DNA of 59,798 bases, counting the filler. It is 4 parts of 4 records of this genome, joined end to end, with 100 filler letters (N's around TTAATTAATTAA, not from the genome) between each part and the next. Parts side by side here need not be neighbours in the genome. Positions count along the whole stretch, not along the records: positions 1 to 19,402 come from DRR723986_11682; 3 more parts are not named here. One strand, given 5' to 3'. The position numbers and the translations under genes were made by a program. Numbering within the stretch: the first letter of the stretch is position 1; each line of letters opens with the position of its first letter. Below, piece by piece: positions 1-9,174 of this stretch. The notes below the pieces were generated by a model, which was not told the origin of the DNA, did not search any database, and saw only the letters and a program-made list of their open reading frames with translations.

Positions 1-681
1 AGCCATGCCGCCCATGCCGGTGGAATGGAAGACAGCAACTTCGTACCCCCGGTCTTCGAGTGCCGGTTTCAGAAGCTTCATATAGGACAGGCAACTTGAG
101 CCAAGCGATGTCATTCCGACCAGCGGCTTTGAGCGATCCGGCATCTGCGCGGCCCTGGCGGCACCCAGCACGGCGCCCGCGGCCTGCGCCAGCGACGACT
201 TGCAGATTTCGTTGAGGCCATAAAGGCCACCGGCCCACAGGATCATCTGGATATCGGGCGCCAGCCGTTCCGGCGGGATCAGAGACGAGAAGCTGACCGT
301 GGACACGATGAATTTCGGTACGCCCATCGGCAGCGCCTGGGCACAATCAAGTGCCAGGTCCGTCCCCATGGTTCCGCCAAGCGCGATCATGCCATCGATA
401 CGGCCTTGCGCATAAAGGTCGGCGACAAGCTTTGCCGCACCCTGCGCCATCACCTGAAAAGCCTTGTTCTCGTCGCCTTGCGCGATCACGTCCTCAATGG
501 ACATGCCGCCCGCCCTGGCGACCTCATGCTTGGAAATGCCGGTCGGCCTGGCTGGATCGCCCAGCACGCTGACATCCATCGTCAGCACCTCGCCGCCCTG
601 GGCGCGTATGGTCTGCTCTATGAATTCCAGTTCGGCATTCTTGGTGTCGTAGGTCCCGATGGACAGGATTGTCTTGGTCAT
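1..681 (-). CDS. Tm-1-like ATP-binding domain protein (UPF0261), 3'-truncated at window edge
   Basis: Not in the ORF track. Manual translation from ATG at 681 gives MTKTILSIGTYDTKNAELEFI...GMIALGGTMGTDLAL...LPMGVPKFIVST...VGMTSLG...EVAVFHSTGMGGMA. The GTxDTK, GGTMGT, LPxGVPK and FHxTGxGG motifs are typical of UPF0261. Confidence 0.88.
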   Translation of the reverse strand, partial: MTKTILSIGTYDTKNAELEFIEQTIRAQGGEVLTMDVSVLGDPARPTGISKHEVARAGGMSIEDVIAQGDENKAFQVMAQGAAKLVADLYAQGRIDGMIALGGTMGTDLALDCAQALPMGVPKFIVSTVSFSSLIPPERLAPDIQMILWAGGLYGLNEICKSSLAQAAGAVLGAARAAQMPDRSKPLVGMTSLGSSCLSYMKLLKPALEDRGYEVAVFHSTGMGGMA

Positions 682-689
682 GGATATCC

Positions 690-2177
690 TCAGAGCTGGA
701 TCCAGGCTGTCTTCAGGTCGACATACTTGTCAAGCGCGTGCAGCGACTTGTCGTGGCCGTTGCCGGACTGCTTCATCCCCCCGAGCGGGACGGTCATGTC
801 CGAGCCGCCGTAGGTGTTCACATGGATGACACCGGAGCGGACACCGGAAATCATCCGGTGCGCCCGGCCGAGGTCAGACGTCCAGATACCGGCGGCGAGA
901 CCATATTCGGTGCCGTTGGCGATCCGGATGGCCTCTTCCTCGTCCTTGAAGGCGGTTACGGCCAGTACGGGCCCGAACACTTCCTTCCGGGCAATCGTAT
1001 CGCCCGGCTTGACACCGCTCATGACTGTCGGAGCCATGTAGTAGCCGCCGGTCTCGGTCAGGATCCGCTCACCGCCGGTGCGGCGCTCGGCACCTTCGGC
1101 TTCCGCGGTCTCCACGAATTTCAGGTCGGCCTCCAGCTGGGCCATCGAATGCACCGCGCCGATCTGGCTGGAAAGATCCAGCGGATCGCCCACCTTGAAA
1201 GCTTCCGCTTCCCGGCAGATCGCGGCAACGAAATCGTCGTGAATGTCCTCCTGCACCAGGAGGCGCGAACCGGCGACACAGACCTGGCCGGAATTGCGGA
1301 AGATCCCCGCCGCCGACACCTTGGCAGCTTTCGCCAGATCAGCCGCATCATTGAAGACGATGTTGGGGGATTTGCCGCCCAGCTCCAGATAACAGCGCTT
1401 CAGGTTGGATCTGGCGGAATATTCAAGAAGCCGCCGCCCTGTCGCACCGGAACCGGTGAAGACCAGGATGTCGACGTCCATGGAGAGGGCCAGGGCTTCG
1501 CCGACCACGGCGCCGGGACCGGTCACGACGTTGAAGACACCGTCCGGAACTCCTGCCTCGGACGCCAGTTCGGCAATCCTGAGCAGGCTGAGCGAGGCTG
1601 ATTCCGCCGGTTTCAGCACGATGGAGTTCCCCATGGCGAGCGCGGGAGCAATCTTCCAGGCGCCGATCATCAGCGGGAAGTTCCAGGGAACGATGGCCCC
1701 CACGACACCGACCGGTGCCCGGTGGACAAGCCCCAGCACATTGTCTGCCGTCGGCGCGATCTCGCCATAGATCTTGTCGAGTGCTTCGGCGTAGTACCGG
1801 AAGGTCCCGGCCGCCGACAAAGCCTCGGCCTTGAAGGCCATGTTGATCTCGGTGCCGTTGTCGCGCACGCCGAGAACCGCAAGCTCAAGCGCTTTCGCCT
1901 CGATCAGATCCGCCAGCTTCAACAATACCTTCTTGCGGTGGGCCGGGGCGGCTTTCGACCAGCGGCCATCCTCGAACGCCCTGCGCGCGCCTTCAACCGC
2001 AACTCCCACATCGGCAGCCGTTCCGCTTGCGATCCTTGTCAGCGGTTTTCCGTCGATGGGGGAAAGCACCTCCAGCGTCGCCCCCTCTCGGGACGCGGCA
2101 AAGGCGCCGTTTACAAAATGCCCCTGCTCGGCAACGGGCTGGTTGCGCAAAACGTCGATTGCGGCCTGGTCAAGCAT
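690..2177 (-). CDS. NAD-dependent aldehyde dehydrogenase (PuuC-like)
   Basis: IVPWNFP, LKPAE, FTGSG, LELGGKSP (catalytic Glu), GQVCVAG (catalytic Cys) and EVFGPV motifs. Confidence 0.95.
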   Translation of the reverse strand: MLDQAAIDVLRNQPVAEQGHFVNGAFAASREGATLEVLSPIDGKPLTRIASGTAADVGVAVEGARRAFEDGRWSKAAPAHRKKVLLKLADLIEAKALELAVLGVRDNGTEINMAFKAEALSAAGTFRYYAEALDKIYGEIAPTADNVLGLVHRAPVGVVGAIVPWNFPLMIGAWKIAPALAMGNSIVLKPAESASLSLLRIAELASEAGVPDGVFNVVTGPGAVVGEALALSMDVDILVFTGSGATGRRLLEYSARSNLKRCYLELGGKSPNIVFNDAADLAKAAKVSAAGIFRNSGQVCVAGSRLLVQEDIHDDFVAAICREAEAFKVGDPLDLSSQIGAVHSMAQLEADLKFVETAEAEGAERRTGGERILTETGGYYMAPTVMSGVKPGDTIARKEVFGPVLAVTAFKDEEEAIRIANGTEYGLAAGIWTSDLGRAHRMISGVRSGVIHVNTYGGSDMTVPLGGMKQSGNGHDKSLHALDKYVDLKTAWIQL

Positions 2178-2185
2178 CTTGGTTC

Positions 2186-3706
2186 CTACCCTTGCTGGGT
2201 TGAGGTTTCGGAAGTTTCCTCTTCCCGATCCCGTCGCGCCTTTTGCTCGCGAATGACCGTACGTACGTGCAGGACGAGAATGAGAATGATCGCTGTGAAG
2301 AGGATTGCGGCGATCGGCCTGTCGATGAAATCGAGCGGGGAATTCACCCGCGCCATGGCGCTGCGAAGCTTCACCTCCATGATCCCGCCAAGCACCATGC
2401 CGAGGATGATCGGCACAATGGGCAGGTTGAGACGCTTCAGCACCAGGCCGAAGACGCCGAAGCCCGCGGCAATCGCGCAGTCGGTCACCGAGTTGCGCAG
2501 CGAGAACACGCCGACAAAGGACAGCGTCATGATCATCACGCCCAGGAAACGCGTCGGGATCTGAATGATCTTGAGCAGCAGCCCCGTGGAGGACAGGAGG
2601 AAGATCAGGACGATGATATTCAGGAGGATCAGCGCCAGATAGAGCGCGACCACAAAGTCGAGTTGCCCCTGGAACAGCTGAGGCCCCGGGATGACGTTAT
2701 GAACATAGAACACAGACAGCATCATTGCCGTCAGCGCTTCTCCCGGAATGCCGAGAGCAAGCAAAGGGATCATCGCCGCACCTGGAACCGCATTGTTGGC
2801 AGCTTCTGAAGCGATCAGCCCTTCCGGTGATCCCTTGCCGAAAAGGTCCGGGTCCTTCGAGGATTTCTGCGCATAGGTGTAGGACAGGAACTGGGCGGTG
2901 AATTCACCCACGCCGGGGATCATGCCCATGAGAACACCGAAGCCGGAAGAAACGGTCGCCACCCGTTTGAACGCGAACAGCTCCTTGAGCCCGGCAAAGA
3001 GGTTGCCCTCGACCTTGGCCAATCCGGGGTGATGTTCCTTGTCGACCAGCAGCAGCAACGCTTGCGAGATCGCAAAGAGACCGAGCACCACCACGATGAG
3101 ATCGACACCGGAGGTGAGCCAGCTCTGGTCGAAGGTGAAGCGCTTGGTGTATTTGGCAGGCTCCAGGCCGATGGTGCTCAGGAAGATGCCGAAACAGGCC
3201 AGCATGCCGGCGGCAAAAACCTGTCCGCGGTGCGCAACCACAACCAGGATGATGCCCATCAACGCGGCAAGGAAGATCTCGCGGCTGCCGAAATGCGGTG
3301 CGATCATCGCCAGCACCGGCGAGAGGACGATCAGGCACAGGATCGAGAACATGCCACCGAAGAAAGAAGCCGAATAGGCGAGCGACAGCGCCCGATGCCC
3401 CTGCCCCTTCTTGGTCATGGGGTAGCCGTCATAGGTGGTCAGCGCATTGACCGCCGTACCCGGTGTGTTGATCAGCACCGCCGGAATGGCACCGCCATAC
3501 ATGGATGAGCCATAGACGCCGAGCAGCAGCGTCAAGCCGACGATAGGCTCGAAGGAAAAGGTTGCCGGCAGCAGGATTGCGATGGCGACGGCAGCTCCGA
3601 CACCAGGAATTGCGCCGATGATGACACCACCGATGGAGCCGATCACCAGGGCCGCAAGAACGTCCCATTGGGCAAGCATGCACAGGCTGGAGAGGATCAG
3701 TTCCAT
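2186..3706 (-). CDS. tctA: Tripartite tricarboxylate transporter large permease, TctA family
   Basis: Highly hydrophobic 506 aa; GAIPG, NTPGT, TTYDGYPM, EAANNA and LGIPG signatures. Confidence 0.93.
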   Translation of the reverse strand: MELILSSLCMLAQWDVLAALVIGSIGGVIIGAIPGVGAAVAIAILLPATFSFEPIVGLTLLLGVYGSSMYGGAIPAVLINTPGTAVNALTTYDGYPMTKKGQGHRALSLAYSASFFGGMFSILCLIVLSPVLAMIAPHFGSREIFLAALMGIILVVVAHRGQVFAAGMLACFGIFLSTIGLEPAKYTKRFTFDQSWLTSGVDLIVVVLGLFAISQALLLLVDKEHHPGLAKVEGNLFAGLKELFAFKRVATVSSGFGVLMGMIPGVGEFTAQFLSYTYAQKSSKDPDLFGKGSPEGLIASEAANNAVPGAAMIPLLALGIPGEALTAMMLSVFYVHNVIPGPQLFQGQLDFVVALYLALILLNIIVLIFLLSSTGLLLKIIQIPTRFLGVMIMTLSFVGVFSLRNSVTDCAIAAGFGVFGLVLKRLNLPIVPIILGMVLGGIMEVKLRSAMARVNSPLDFIDRPIAAILFTAIILILVLHVRTVIREQKARRDREEETSETSTQQG

Positions 3707-3713
3707 TCTCGCC

Positions 3714-4253
3714 TCACAGATAGGTCAGGGCAAAGGCGCGGATGCCGTCAGGCAGCGCCTCGTAGATGTGGCCGGCGGGAACCTTGACCTGCAAAAACGC
3801 GCGGAAGATCACAACCACAGAAATGCTGAAGGCAACCGCGGCACCCAGGTTGAGAGGCGTTGCCTCGCCAATCCGGACACACAGAAACAAGGTGAAGGCG
3901 AGTGTTGCCGGCAGATAGCCGAGTTGCGGTACCAGGAGCACGTAGATCAGGAAATAGGCCACGAACTCGAACGACTTCAGCCAGAAGCCGACCTCGCGCC
4001 ATCGACCCGGAATGCGCTTGGAGCAAAGCGAGCCTATGAAATGCAGGCTGGCGAACAGCACCATGCCGCCGATAGCGACTGTGGGCCAGAACCTTGGCTG
4101 TGCGAACCACTTGGTCCGCTTGGCCCAGACCGTCTCACCCGGGATCTGCGACAGAAGAAATAGGGAAAATGCCAGGAACAGGATTGCAAACACGATGTCG
4201 CCGGGCCGGCGATAGCGTTTGAACAGTTCCTGCAGCGTCTTGATGCGCGCCAA
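3714..4253 (-). CDS. tctB: Tripartite tricarboxylate transporter small permease, TctB family
   Basis: 179 aa with about 4-5 TM helices, PRFWP and LGY motifs, C-terminal LQVKVPAG; lies between tctC and tctA. TTG start after an AGGAGG RBS. Confidence 0.85.
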   Translation of the reverse strand: MARIKTLQELFKRYRRPGDIVFAILFLAFSLFLLSQIPGETVWAKRTKWFAQPRFWPTVAIGGMVLFASLHFIGSLCSKRIPGRWREVGFWLKSFEFVAYFLIYVLLVPQLGYLPATLAFTLFLCVRIGEATPLNLGAAVAFSISVVVIFRAFLQVKVPAGHIYEALPDGIRAFALTYL

Positions 4254-4283
4254 GCCGAACCCTCCTTGGAACCCGAAAGCAAC

Positions 4284-4308
4284 CGGCCGGCGCGAGATGC
4301 GCCGGCCG
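4284..4308 (-). terminator. GC-rich stem-loop between tctC and tctB (partial terminator or mRNA stabiliser)
   Basis: CGGCCGGCGC-N5-GCGCCGGCCG inverted repeat directly after the binding-protein gene. Confidence 0.55.
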
Positions 4309-4319
4309 AAATAGTCGCC

Positions 4320-5255
4320 TTATTGTTCGATCAGCTCGGAGATTTTCTGAAGCGCCGCCGCATCAGCCTCGATCTGCTGTTCGGACTGAACCGGGTCCTG
4401 CCAGTAGATCAGAACGCCGGTCTGGCCGATCAGCTCGAGCGCCTGCGGCGACTTGAGCGCAGCTTGCGCAGCTTCGGAAATCTTGATCCGCGCATCTTCG
4501 GGAACGTCCTTGTGAACGAACAGCCCGTTCCACAGCGCAACCGACAGATCCGGGTTGATTTCCTGCATGGTCTGCACGTTCGGCGTCAGGGACGTCCGTT
4601 CCTTGCCGATGCTGGCCAGGATCTTGACCTCACCGAGGCACGGCTGGATCTGCTGCAGTGTCGTGTTGATGACGTCGACATCGCCGGAGGCCAGCGTGTT
4701 GCAGTTCAACTCGTCAAAAGCCGCTTCGCTGGCAAAGTCGAAGCCGGAGGTCTTGGCGGCAGCGAAGGTGATCTGGGTGGGCGGCAGGAACGAGCCGAAA
4801 TGGCCGAGAGCGATCTCGTTTTCCTTGGCGTAATCAGCCAGCTCCGCCCACGTGGCGTAGGGCGCGTCTGCACCTGCGGCAATCACGAACGGATAGGTCA
4901 TGAAAATGCCGATCGGCTCGAACGGGTTCGGCGAAAGTTCGGGAATTCCGATCTGCGGACCACCAATCGGCACGTCGGTCACGAAAGAGCCGACCGTATA
5001 ACCGTCGGCAGGCGCCGTTGCGACTTCCACTGCACCAGGGAACGGACCACCGCCGCCACCCGGCTTGTTCACGACCGCTGCCGGCACGCCGTACATTTCC
5101 TGGAACTTGTCCGCGATCAGCCGGGTCAGCACGTCTTCCAGGTCTCCCGGAGGCCACGGAACGATGAACGATACAGGCTTTTCCGGATATTCAGCCAGAG
5201 CGGCCGTTGCCGACATCAATGTCGCGGCCGTCAGGGCGATCACTTGCTTCTTCAT
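4320..5255 (-). CDS. tctC: Tripartite tricarboxylate transporter substrate-binding protein (TctC/Bug family)
   Basis: Signal peptide MKKQVIALTAATLMSATAALA, followed by YPEKPVSFIVPWPPG, VVNKPGGGG and PADGYT. Start moved to the ATG at 5255. Confidence 0.92.
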   Translation of the reverse strand: MKKQVIALTAATLMSATAALAEYPEKPVSFIVPWPPGDLEDVLTRLIADKFQEMYGVPAAVVNKPGGGGGPFPGAVEVATAPADGYTVGSFVTDVPIGGPQIGIPELSPNPFEPIGIFMTYPFVIAAGADAPYATWAELADYAKENEIALGHFGSFLPPTQITFAAAKTSGFDFASEAAFDELNCNTLASGDVDVINTTLQQIQPCLGEVKILASIGKERTSLTPNVQTMQEINPDLSVALWNGLFVHKDVPEDARIKISEAAQAALKSPQALELIGQTGVLIYWQDPVQSEQQIEADAAALQKISELIEQ

Positions 5256-5439
5256 TTCAACAGTCCCTTTTCTGGTCAGGTGACAGCCGGACTTTGCGCC
5301 GGTCTTGGTCATTTTTTATTTGCTTTGTTAATTATTGTGATCTTAAATAACAAGATGTCAACCTTCAATCGAAGCGCTGACGCTTTTGTTTACCTCGCAA
5401 AACGGTTCAAATAACAAACCATCGGTTTAAAAATATATT

Positions 5440-5453
5440 GTTTCAAATGAAAC
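5440..5453. promoter_or_regulatory. Candidate IclR operator palindrome GTTTCA-AA-TGAAAC
   Basis: Perfect 6-bp inverted repeat in the AT-rich divergent promoter region between tctC and the iclR-family gene. Confidence 0.5.
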
Positions 5454-5524
5454 TACATGTCAACATCGTCCCGTCGAATGCCGGAGCTTCAATCCGGCAC
5501 CTGCGGGAAAGGAACTGCTGAAGC

Positions 5525-6310
5525 ATGGGCACGATCACAAAAGCGCTGAGCCTGCTGAACCACTTTTCCGCCAGCCGTTCGGAAATCGGCCTGACCGAGT
5601 TCCGCAACCTTTCGGGCCAGGACAAGGCAACGGTTCACCGGCATCTGACCGAACTCACAGCCAACGGTTTTCTTGAGCAGAACCCGGGCACCAAGGGCTA
5701 TCGCCTCGGCCCCGCCATCCTGCGTCTTGCGGCAGTCCGCGAACGCCTGTTCCCGGCAAGAAGGCTTGTCGCTCCACTGGTGGAACAGTTGGCTGGAGAA
5801 CTCGGGGAGCTGGTTCATGTCTCCTTGCGGGAAGGCAATCACCTGTCACCGCTCTATCATCATGACGCACTCATTCACGGCACGCGGGTCTATTTCGACG
5901 AAGCTGAATTGCTGCCGCTGCACGCAACTGCCTCCGGTCTCGCCATGCTGGCCTTCGGTCCGATCGATCTGCTGCCGAAGCTTCTGAAGACGAAGCTCAA
6001 ACCCTCCACCGGCTACACGATCACCGATACCGAGCTATTGAAACAGACAGTCGAACAGGTTCGAAACGACGGTATTGCCTTTATCGACCAGGGTTTTGAA
6101 GAGCACGTCTCTTCCTTTGCCTCGCCGATCTTCGGCGACTTGCCAGAGGCAGTCGGCACCATAGCCGTTGCCGCCCCCACCGTTCGTATGACCGATGAGT
6201 TGAAAGCAAAAATCCGAATTTCCCTGCCGATCGCGGCGACGGAAGTCACTGAAAAACTCGGCGGCGTTGTCCCGGTCGATTTGAGAAGGATCTGGCGCGA
6301 TGCCGCATGA
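5525..6310 (+). CDS. IclR-family transcriptional regulator
   Basis: N-terminal wHTH (KATVHRHLTEL...YRLGP) and effector-domain motifs PLHATASG and FASPIF. Confidence 0.95.
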   Translation: MGTITKALSLLNHFSASRSEIGLTEFRNLSGQDKATVHRHLTELTANGFLEQNPGTKGYRLGPAILRLAAVRERLFPARRLVAPLVEQLAGELGELVHVSLREGNHLSPLYHHDALIHGTRVYFDEAELLPLHATASGLAMLAFGPIDLLPKLLKTKLKPSTGYTITDTELLKQTVEQVRNDGIAFIDQGFEEHVSSFASPIFGDLPEAVGTIAVAAPTVRMTDELKAKIRISLPIAATEVTEKLGGVVPVDLRRIWRDAA

Positions 6311-6980
6311 TACGAAGGCTCTGGTACTCGATTTCGGCGGGGTTGTCACTCGCACGATGTTCGAGACCCACGACCTGACCGAACAGGCTCTCGGGCTCGC
6401 CCCCGGCACCCTGACGTGGCGCGGCCCGTTTGATCCGGCAACCGACAGTCTTTGGCAGGCAATGCAGCGGGACGAAATTTCCGAACGCGACTACTGGCAC
6501 CGGCGCACGCAGGAAATTGCCGAATTGACCGGCAACGAGTGGACGGAAATGGCCCAGTTCGTGAAGGCTGCGCGCGGCGCTGATCCCGATGCCGTCATGC
6601 GGCCGGAAGCCCTGGCCGCAATCGACATTGCCCGGCAGGCAGGCTGCAAGCTTGCGGTCCTGTCCAACGAGCTGGACCTATTCTATGGTGCGGACTTCAG
6701 GAAAAAGCTCGCTTTTCTGGATGATTTCGACGTCATCGTCGATGCCACCTACACCAGGATCCTGAAGCCGGATCCGCGTGCATATCAGCTGTGCCTGGAC
6801 GAACTCGGCCTGCCCGCATCCGCCTGCGTCTTTGTCGACGATCAGCTGCGCAACATTCGCGGCGCGGAGACGGCCGGTCTGCAGACGGTTCACTTCGACG
6901 TTCTTTCCCCCCGATCTTCCTATGACCAGGCACTTTCGTTGCTCGGCCTGCCAAGTTTACTCCAAGGAGACATGACATGA
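6300..6980 (+). CDS. HAD-superfamily hydrolase, subfamily IA variant (DxGG motif I)
   Basis: Motif I LDFGGV, motif II LSN, motif III KPDPRAY and motif IV FVDD. Overlaps both flanking genes. Confidence 0.88.
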   Translation: MPHDTKALVLDFGGVVTRTMFETHDLTEQALGLAPGTLTWRGPFDPATDSLWQAMQRDEISERDYWHRRTQEIAELTGNEWTEMAQFVKAARGADPDAVMRPEALAAIDIARQAGCKLAVLSNELDLFYGADFRKKLAFLDDFDVIVDATYTRILKPDPRAYQLCLDELGLPASACVFVDDQLRNIRGAETAGLQTVHFDVLSPRSSYDQALSLLGLPSLLQGDMT

Positions 6981-8332
6981 AGGATTCCAACTTCCTGAAG
7001 GAAAACAACGCCCGCCATGTCTGGCATCCGATGGCTCATCCGGCCGACAGCCAGACCAATCTGCCGACGATCCTGACAGGTGGCCGCGATGTTTTCATTA
7101 CCGACGTCGACGGGCACGAAGTTCTTGATGCCGTCGGCGGGCTGTGGAACGTCAACCTCGGCTACTCCTGCGAACCGGTGAAACAGGCAATCTCCGACCA
7201 GTTGAACGCCCTGCCCTACTACTCCATCTTTCGCGGCACATCGAACGACAAGGTGATCGAGCTTTCCTACGAACTGGCCGATTTCTTCGCCCCGGACGGG
7301 CTGACGCGCGCCTTCTTCACCTCCGGCGGCTCGGATTCGGTCGAAGTCGCCCTCAAGCTCGCCCGCCAGTATCACCGCATTCGCGGCGAAGCTGGCCGCA
7401 CCAAGTTTCTCAGCCTCAAGAAAGGCTATCACGGCACCCATTTCGGCGGCGCCAGCGTCAACGGCAACGGCAAGTTCCGCAACGCTTACGAGCCTCTGCT
7501 GCCGGGCTGCTTCCACATTCCGGCTCCCTACACCTACCGCAATCCGTTCAACGAGAGCGATCCGGCGAAACTTGCCCAGCTCTGCGCAGCCGCCCTCGAA
7601 GACGAGATCGCCTTCCAGGGAGCCGGCACCATTGCCGCCTTCATCATGGAGCCCGTCCTCGGCGCCGGTGGTGTCATGCCTCCCCATCCGAGCTTCATGC
7701 CGATGGTGCGCGAGATCTGTGACCGCAACGGCATCCTGCTGATCTCCGACGAAGTCATCACCGCCTTCGGTCGCACCGGCAGCGAGAGCGGTGCGCGCCA
7801 CTGGGGCGTACAGCCGGACTTCATGTGCACGGCAAAAGCCATCACAAACGGCTATTTCCCGTTCGGCGCGGTGATGATCGCCGGGCATGTGGCCGAAGTC
7901 TTTGAAAAGGACACCAGCGGCATCGCGTCCATCGATACCGGTTACACCTATTCCGGCCACCCTGTCGGCGCCGCAGCCGCTCTGGCTGCCCTCGCAGAGA
8001 TCCGACGTTTGAAGGTCCATGAAAACGCCGCCGCACGCGGCAAGGAACTTCTTGGTGGCCTGAAAGGGCTCCAGGAACGTTTCGAGGTGATCGGCGACGT
8101 GCGCGGCGAAGGACTGATGTGCGCCATCGAACTCGTCTCCGACCGCGCCAGCAAGAAACCTTCGGCAAAGGATGTCCCGCTGAAGCTGCAGCAGGCCGCC
8201 TATGAGGACGGCGTCATGATCCGGGTTTCCGGAAACAATGCCATCTTCTCGCCGCCGCTGATCGTGACATCGGACAACGTCACGAAAATCCTGTCGGCAG
8301 TCGAGACCGGACTGAAAGCCGTTTCCGGCTAA
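6977..8332 (+). CDS. Class III PLP-dependent (omega-amino acid/amine) aminotransferase
   Basis: GGLWNVNLGY, GGSDSVE, GYHG, EPVLGAGG, DEVITAFGRTG, AKAIT (PLP Lys) and GYTYSGHP motifs. Confidence 0.95.
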   Translation: MKDSNFLKENNARHVWHPMAHPADSQTNLPTILTGGRDVFITDVDGHEVLDAVGGLWNVNLGYSCEPVKQAISDQLNALPYYSIFRGTSNDKVIELSYELADFFAPDGLTRAFFTSGGSDSVEVALKLARQYHRIRGEAGRTKFLSLKKGYHGTHFGGASVNGNGKFRNAYEPLLPGCFHIPAPYTYRNPFNESDPAKLAQLCAAALEDEIAFQGAGTIAAFIMEPVLGAGGVMPPHPSFMPMVREICDRNGILLISDEVITAFGRTGSESGARHWGVQPDFMCTAKAITNGYFPFGAVMIAGHVAEVFEKDTSGIASIDTGYTYSGHPVGAAAALAALAEIRRLKVHENAAARGKELLGGLKGLQERFEVIGDVRGEGLMCAIELVSDRASKKPSAKDVPLKLQQAAYEDGVMIRVSGNNAIFSPPLIVTSDNVTKILSAVETGLKAVSG

Positions 8333-9047
8333 TCCCTCGGAAGCATCTCCGTAACGCGCAAGCCTCAAAGGCCGGCCCCGTCAACTTGCTCTGAAGCCCT
8401 CACAAGACCTTGAGGGCTTCGGATCCCCTGCAGGCCAATTGCCATCAGAAAACCAGCACTCGGCGCGCAAAGAGCCAACTGGATTTGCGCGCCCAGACTC
8501 TTCTGTTCGCCGCACCAGCAAGCCGCCGCCCCTATTTCAGGTCGAATTTCTCTAATACTTTCAACCACTGCGCGACATATCTGGTCGCCGCGTATCAAGT
8601 TTCGAAAAATTCGATCACAAATCCGGGAAGGCAAAACGCCCAATTCCTGAGCCTGAACTCAAATTAGCCAAGTCCGCCTAATTTGTCGGCAATCTGAATA
8701 GTTAAATCAAACAAGACAAAATTTTATCTCAAACAGATTTCACCGGGCATTTCGCGAAATCGCCTCGGGACATTTCGTCGCAAACAGTAGAAATCGAAAA
8801 ACACGACAAATGCTGCAGCGCAGCAATACACGCATGCACACCACCTCCACTTGCATTTATCAAATTCAACGAAAACCATCTCGTGATTACAACTCGATGA
8901 TCTTAATGTATTCATCGATATATCTCATTTAATACTGAAGCATATTCTACAATTTTCTTAGAGTTATAAATTAACCAAGACTACAGTTGATTTAAAATTG
9001 ATGCAATTGCACTAGAGCAACGGCATGAAGTTTCCGGTATAAAAGGT

Positions 9048-9063
9048 TTAATAATTTATTAAC
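9048..9063. promoter_or_regulatory. Full CtrA-type binding box TTAA-N7-TTAAC
   Basis: TTAA TAATTTA TTAAC, about 110 nt upstream of the LuxR-type gene that heads the cellulose operon. Exact match to the alphaproteobacterial CtrA consensus. Confidence 0.55.
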
Positions 9064-9174
9064 CCCCTAAGAAACCAATCGATCGATTTAGATAAATCCA
9101 ATTTTTGAAAATGAACCGAGCCAGAACTTAGATCATCGCCACGAATAAAATCCATTTCTACCTGGGAGCAAAAA

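Noticed and set aside
6920-8368. 482-aa minus-strand ORF
   Set aside because: Antisense shadow of the aminotransferase, expected from high-GC codon bias; no motifs.
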